Shown here: one piece after another, positions 54,560-58,393 of the stretch
Position numbering within the stretch: the stretch's first letter is position 1
Layout: the number at the start of each line of letters is the position of its first letter
DNA from: a virus
Lineage: Duplodnaviria > Caudoviricetes
Virus record (IMG/VR): IMGVR_UViG_3300036770_008714
Span: 1-58,393 of that record
Length of the DNA: 58,393 bases
Direction: 5' to 3' (one strand)
Made by a program: the position numbers and the translations under genes
The notes under the pieces: generated by a model
The model's database searches: none
What the model saw: the letters and a program-made list of their open reading frames with translations, nothing else
Told to the model about the DNA's origin: nothing

Positions 54560-54795
54560 CCGCATTGCAATGGTTGAATAGCCTACGCCCAGCGCTACCC
54601 TTAAGCATAGAGCGCGGCGACGATAAGACCGAGCCACACAGGCCAATGAGCAATGGGGAACTCCGGCGCCATATCCAACAAGGGGCCGTGCTGGTTAACG
54701 GTGAGCGAGTGACGCCGCAAGAGGAAATCGACTTCCCGGTTTTCTCTCTGGTGTTTTTTCCGAAGTCGGCTGCGCGCCGAACAACCCTGGTGTGA
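54556..54795 (+). CDS. S4-like RNA-binding domain protein
   Basis: SNGELRRHIQQGAVLVNGERV matches the S4 core as found in TyrRS C-termini. Confidence 0.65.
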   Translation: MTALQWLNSLRPALPLSIERGDDKTEPHRPMSNGELRRHIQQGAVLVNGERVTPQEEIDFPVFSLVFFPKSAARRTTLV

Positions 54796-54819
54796 TTACA
54801 CACGAACAGAGAAAGCAAC

Positions 54820-55182
54820 ATGATCAAACTACCTGAGCCAGTGGGCTATTCCGTGCCGCAATTGCAAACCTTCAAGGGCGCCAAGTCTGTCCATTTCGGT
54901 CGAGCGCCTGGGTGCACTGCAAGCGATGCCGAACTGATCCAAATGTTGGAGGGTACTGTCGTCCGCCGTCTTGAGGTGTTTAGCGACCTCCCGCCAGTCA
55001 CCGACAAGCACGGGGTGACGCACTATGTTGAGCCCGTTTACAGCAAGCAAGCCATACGGGACGCGCTGGAAGAAGCGGCGAAGGTGGCACAAAGCGAGCC
55101 GCGCGTTTGGGATTTAAACGCACCAGACCCGCAGCATCGCATTGCCACCGCAATCCGTACCCTCAAGGAGCGAATCACATGA
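54820..55182 (+). CDS. Hypothetical protein
   Basis: KLPEP...ALEEAAKV...IATAIR. Confidence 0.65.
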   Translation: MIKLPEPVGYSVPQLQTFKGAKSVHFGRAPGCTASDAELIQMLEGTVVRRLEVFSDLPPVTDKHGVTHYVEPVYSKQAIRDALEEAAKVAQSEPRVWDLNAPDPQHRIATAIRTLKERIT

Positions 55183-55487
55183 CACAACACACTGAGCTGA
55201 TCGAGCGGCTGAACGCCTCATCAAGATGGTGGTTCGACAGAGGCGTGAAAAATAGCGTAGATGCAGACGCAATAGCCGCCCTGGAAGCGCAGGCGCGGGA
55301 GATTGAGGGGCTGCGCAAGGATGCGGCATGTTTCAGGTTTTGGGTGCGAGAAGCCGCTGTGAATCCATGCGACATGGCGAAGCTAATCATGCGATGCACA
55401 ACAGAACAGGAATACCGTGACGCGATTGAACCCCTCGCCACTGCCGCTGAAGACGCAATCCGCGCAGCAATGAAAGGCCAACCATGA
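55179..55487 (+). CDS. Hypothetical protein
   Basis: AAGGAG SD; LRKDAACFRF. Confidence 0.65.
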   Translation: MTQHTELIERLNASSRWWFDRGVKNSVDADAIAALEAQAREIEGLRKDAACFRFWVREAAVNPCDMAKLIMRCTTEQEYRDAIEPLATAAEDAIRAAMKGQP

Positions 55488-55765
55488 CCAAAGATGTGAT
55501 TGAACTTGCGCGAGAGGCAGGGATGAAGTTCGTCCCTGCGCAATTCTCTGGCGTTCTGGAAACGGAGACAGACGAATTCACGGTCGCTAGCTTTGCCGCC
55601 CTTGTGGCTGCGCGAGTGAAGGAGCGGTGTGCTCAACTTATTGCAAAGCAAGCGCTTCGGAACGGATATCCGCCGCTAGTTGCCGCAGCACAGGATTTTG
55701 CAAAGCAATGCGCCGCCGCTATCCGCGCCCTCAATACCGAAGGAGAAGGACATGACAGAGCCTGA
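55484..55765 (+). CDS. Hypothetical protein
   Basis: IELAREAG...FAALVAA..KERCA...CAAAIRA. Confidence 0.7.
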   Translation: MTKDVIELAREAGMKFVPAQFSGVLETETDEFTVASFAALVAARVKERCAQLIAKQALRNGYPPLVAAAQDFAKQCAAAIRALNTEGEGHDRA

Positions 55766-56009
55766 AGTCATCGACACCGGAGATACAGTCTTTCATGAGC
55801 GATCAGGAGAAACATGGCTTGTTGCGCAGGTCCGAGACGACAAGGTCTATTGGTGTGGCTGGCCACCTGGCAGGGCGGACTTGAGCGATTGCCAGCTCAC
55901 CAAGAAAGCCACACCAGAGGAGCGTCAGGCGCTGCTGCAAGAGTTGGCAAAGTCGAAGCACGAAGTATCTGCTTGGGCGTATGAACGGATTGCGGAGGCT
56001 AAACCATGA
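55752..56009 (+). CDS. Hypothetical protein (SH3-like)
   Basis: TGDTV.H..SGETWLVA...WCGWPPG. Confidence 0.7.
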   Translation: MTEPEVIDTGDTVFHERSGETWLVAQVRDDKVYWCGWPPGRADLSDCQLTKKATPEERQALLQELAKSKHEVSAWAYERIAEAKP

Positions 56010-56158
56010 GCAAGCGCGCCCGTGACTACCGCGAAGCCTACGAGGCCAAGCACTACCCAGAACGCTGGGAGGCTACAGACTGGCGAAAAGAGCGGGATGA
56101 AGCCGACAAGCCACCACCGGAGCCGGAAGAGCCGGAGCCGATTCACACTTTTCACTGA
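56006..56158 (+). CDS. Small charged hypothetical protein (50 aa)
   Basis: GGAGG SD; coupled; followed by a terminator-like hairpin. Confidence 0.5.
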   Translation: MSKRARDYREAYEAKHYPERWEATDWRKERDEADKPPPEPEEPEPIHTFH

Positions 56159-56191
56159 GCCCTACGGGGCTCTTTTTTATGGGAGAACGGG

Positions 56192-56959
56192 ATGAAAGAA
56201 CGCCCTATTCTGTTTAGCGGCGCCATGGTCCGCGCGCTGTTGGATGGCAGCAAGACGCAGACGCGGCGGGTCATGAATCGACAACCACCAGAAGGGTGCG
56301 GCATCCACTACATGCTGGGCGATGAATCCTGGATGCCAGAGGACAAGCGCACGCCGCTGCGCCATCACTGGGAAGCCTGGGGCGGCCCTTTGTATGAGCA
56401 GCGCCCAGATGGACACCTTTGCGGCACTCACTCCGTGCGCTGTCCATACGGTGCTCCCGGCGACCGTCTTTGGGTCCGCGAGACCTTCTTCGCCTGGGGC
56501 CGCTGGGAGACACGATTCAGCGCCAAAAAGGGCCGCGATGAGTGGCATTTCGTCGACATGACCGCTGAATCCTATAACGGCTACCTGTATGCCGCCGATG
56601 GCGTCAGAGACACGCAGGCCTTCATCAAGCGCCGATCGGACCCCAAGCCGATGTATTGGAAGCGCCCCGCGATCTTCATGCCACGAGCCGCCAGTCGTAT
56701 CACCCAGGAAATCACCGAGGTGCGAGTGGAACGCCTGCAGGACATCAGCGAAGCTGATGCGAGCGATGAAGGCGTGCGCCAGTTGCGCGATGAAAGTGGC
56801 TGCTGGGCAGGGCGCGAAGGACCGGGAAATTTAATCACCCCATGGCCGACAGCGCTTGAGGCATTCAGAGATATATGGGAATCCATCAACGGCCCCGACA
56901 GCTGGGACGAAAACCCATGGGTTTGGGCAGTCGAATTCAAGCCACCCACCACCGCCTAA
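56192..56959 (+). CDS. ASCH-like phage protein
   Basis: ERPILFS..MVRALLDG.KTQTRR...LWVRET...MPR.ASRI...VERLQDIS...NPWVW. Confidence 0.8.
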   Translation: MKERPILFSGAMVRALLDGSKTQTRRVMNRQPPEGCGIHYMLGDESWMPEDKRTPLRHHWEAWGGPLYEQRPDGHLCGTHSVRCPYGAPGDRLWVRETFFAWGRWETRFSAKKGRDEWHFVDMTAESYNGYLYAADGVRDTQAFIKRRSDPKPMYWKRPAIFMPRAASRITQEITEVRVERLQDISEADASDEGVRQLRDESGCWAGREGPGNLITPWPTALEAFRDIWESINGPDSWDENPWVWAVEFKPPTTA

Positions 56960-57015
56960 CAGGCAAACACACCACACCAGGGCTCCGAGAGGGGCCTATT
57001 TTTTTAGGACCACTC

Positions 57016-57948
57016 ATGTTCAAAAACCTCATCATCTATCGCATCGCTCCCGGCTTCATGGCAACCGTCGCGCAAGTGGAAGAAGCATTGGCCAAGGCTC
57101 CATTCATGGAGTGCGGAGCCACGCAGGAGAAGTCTATGGGCTGGACTCCGCCGCGAGGTGAGGCCCACGGCGCCATGGTGGAGAGCATTGGCGGCCAATT
57201 GATCGCCCGCTTCATGGTCGAATCCAAAGTGCTGCCCGCCAGCGTGCTGGCCCGCCGCGTGAAGGAAAAGGCCGAGCGGATCGAGCAGGAAACCGGCCGC
57301 AAGCCCGGCAAGAAGGAAAGCAAGGAGCTCAAAGACGAGGCCAAGCTCGACCTGTTGCCCATGGCCTTCACCAAGCAGGGCTCGATGTGGGTGTGGATCG
57401 ACACTGCCTCGCGCCTGCTGGTGCTGGACACCTCCAGCCAGGGCCGCGCGGACGAAGTGGTCACCCTGCTGGTTGAGGCGCTGCCCGGCCTGTCAGTGTC
57501 GCTGCTGAACACCCAGACCAGCCCGCAGGCCGCCATGGCCCACTGGCTCAAGGAAGACCACGACAACCTCTATGTTGACCACAACTTCACCGTTGGACGC
57601 GAGTGCGAGCTCAAGAGCACCAGCGAGGAAAAGGCCGTTGTTCGCTACGGGCGCCACCCGCTGGACATTGAGGAAGTCCAAGCCCACATCGACGCAGGCA
57701 AGCTGCCAACGCGCTTGGCAATGACCTGGGATGACCGGGTTTCGTTCCTGCTTACCGATGGCCTACAGGTGCGCAAGCTGCAGTTCTTGGATGCGGTATT
57801 TGAAGGCACCAAGTCTGACGACGGTGGTTTTGACACCGATGTGGCGATTGCCACCGGCGAGCTGGTCAAGCTGATCCCGGACTTGATTGAAGCGCTGGGC
57901 GGGGAAGCAGAGAGCGGCTTGGCTGGCTCTGGGGCCAGTGCGTCATGA
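57016..57948 (+). CDS. rdgC: Recombination-associated protein RdgC
   Basis: MFKNLIIYR...SMGWTPP...KVLPASV...LLPMAFT...ALGGE. Confidence 0.93.
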   Translation: MFKNLIIYRIAPGFMATVAQVEEALAKAPFMECGATQEKSMGWTPPRGEAHGAMVESIGGQLIARFMVESKVLPASVLARRVKEKAERIEQETGRKPGKKESKELKDEAKLDLLPMAFTKQGSMWVWIDTASRLLVLDTSSQGRADEVVTLLVEALPGLSVSLLNTQTSPQAAMAHWLKEDHDNLYVDHNFTVGRECELKSTSEEKAVVRYGRHPLDIEEVQAHIDAGKLPTRLAMTWDDRVSFLLTDGLQVRKLQFLDAVFEGTKSDDGGFDTDVAIATGELVKLIPDLIEALGGEAESGLAGSGASAS

Positions 57949-58148
57949 AAGCCGGAATCGCCCGCATCTACTACGGCGGCGGCCGCCGCTGGTTCACCCT
58001 GCGCGCGGCCTGCCATGCCCACGCCCGCGCCGTCATCAAAAAGCGCCTTCGCAGCCAAGACTTCGAGCGCGGCGACGAATGGCCCGCAGAACGGATCAAG
58101 CGCCTGGCGCGCCGACTGGAACGAGAACACAGGAGAAAGACACCATGA
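57945..58148 (+). CDS. Small basic hypothetical protein
   Basis: Coupled at both ends; GRRWFTLRAAC. Confidence 0.65.
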   Translation: MKAGIARIYYGGGRRWFTLRAACHAHARAVIKKRLRSQDFERGDEWPAERIKRLARRLEREHRRKTP

Positions 58149-58393
58149 CCGAAACCAAGAACATCCTCGGGGAAGACATGCTGCCCCTGAACGACATTGC
58201 CGAGCAGGTGTTCAACATCACCCCCCGGATTGCCCAGCGCAAGGCGGCGACCAACACCCTGCCCATACCGGCTTTCCGCATCAACGGCACCCGCAAGGGA
58301 CCGCTCTACGTGCTGCGCGATGACCTAGAGAAGTGGATCAAGGACCGCGCCGACCGGGCCAAGTCGCAGCATCGTAAGATGCAGGCCGTTTGA
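58145..58393 (+). CDS. PrtN-family DNA-binding protein, probable excisionase
   Basis: LPLNDIAEQVF...LPIPAFR...KGPLYV..DL..WI; last gene of the early-left operon. Confidence 0.75.
   Translation: MTETKNILGEDMLPLNDIAEQVFNITPRIAQRKAATNTLPIPAFRINGTRKGPLYVLRDDLEKWIKDRADRAKSQHRKMQAV

Noticed and set aside
58145-58393. PrtN as evidence of a pyocin/tailocin, or as the late activator
   Set aside because: Capsid and packaging genes are present and its position next to int on the circle fits an excisionase; an activator role is not formally excluded

Overview
The whole 58.4-kb window is one temperate phage or prophage genome, GC-rich and probably betaproteobacterial (inferred from gene families). It runs from the ATG of a tyrosine integrase (1) to the stop of a PrtN-like excisionase (58393). 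Minus strand, about 1.0-31.4 kb: late genes (terS, terL, portal, scaffold, N4-gp56-type major capsid, ejection proteins, short-tail and collagen fibre genes, then holin, SAR endolysin and spanins). An antirepressor/moron island (15.2-18.4 kb) interrupts them. Minus strand, 31.9-40.3 kb: early-right genes (cro, cII-like, replication initiator, dnaB, RuvC-like, ninB, HNH, wHTH genes). 40.3-42.0 kb: immunity region. Plus strand, 42.0-58.4 kb: early-left genes (recombination, SSB, RdgC, many small ORFs). Main signals the gene list does not explain: (1) a 137-nt RNA at 43471-43607 with tmRNA-like tRNA-domain geometry (G3.U70 acceptor, A73, CCA, T-arm, no anticodon) inside a long precursor stem, followed by three more anticodon-defective tRNA-like modules; (2) seven copies of a late-promoter cassette, CCCCCAGTAGGGTT-N22-(-10)-N6-8-A, four of which predict leaderless mRNAs, in a phage with no recognisable Q antiterminator; (3) a proteasome-beta-like Ntn hydrolase beside a C4-antisense-controlled BRO antirepressor; (4) a stand-alone S4-like protein. 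All family calls come from manual motif recognition; no searches or folding programs were run.
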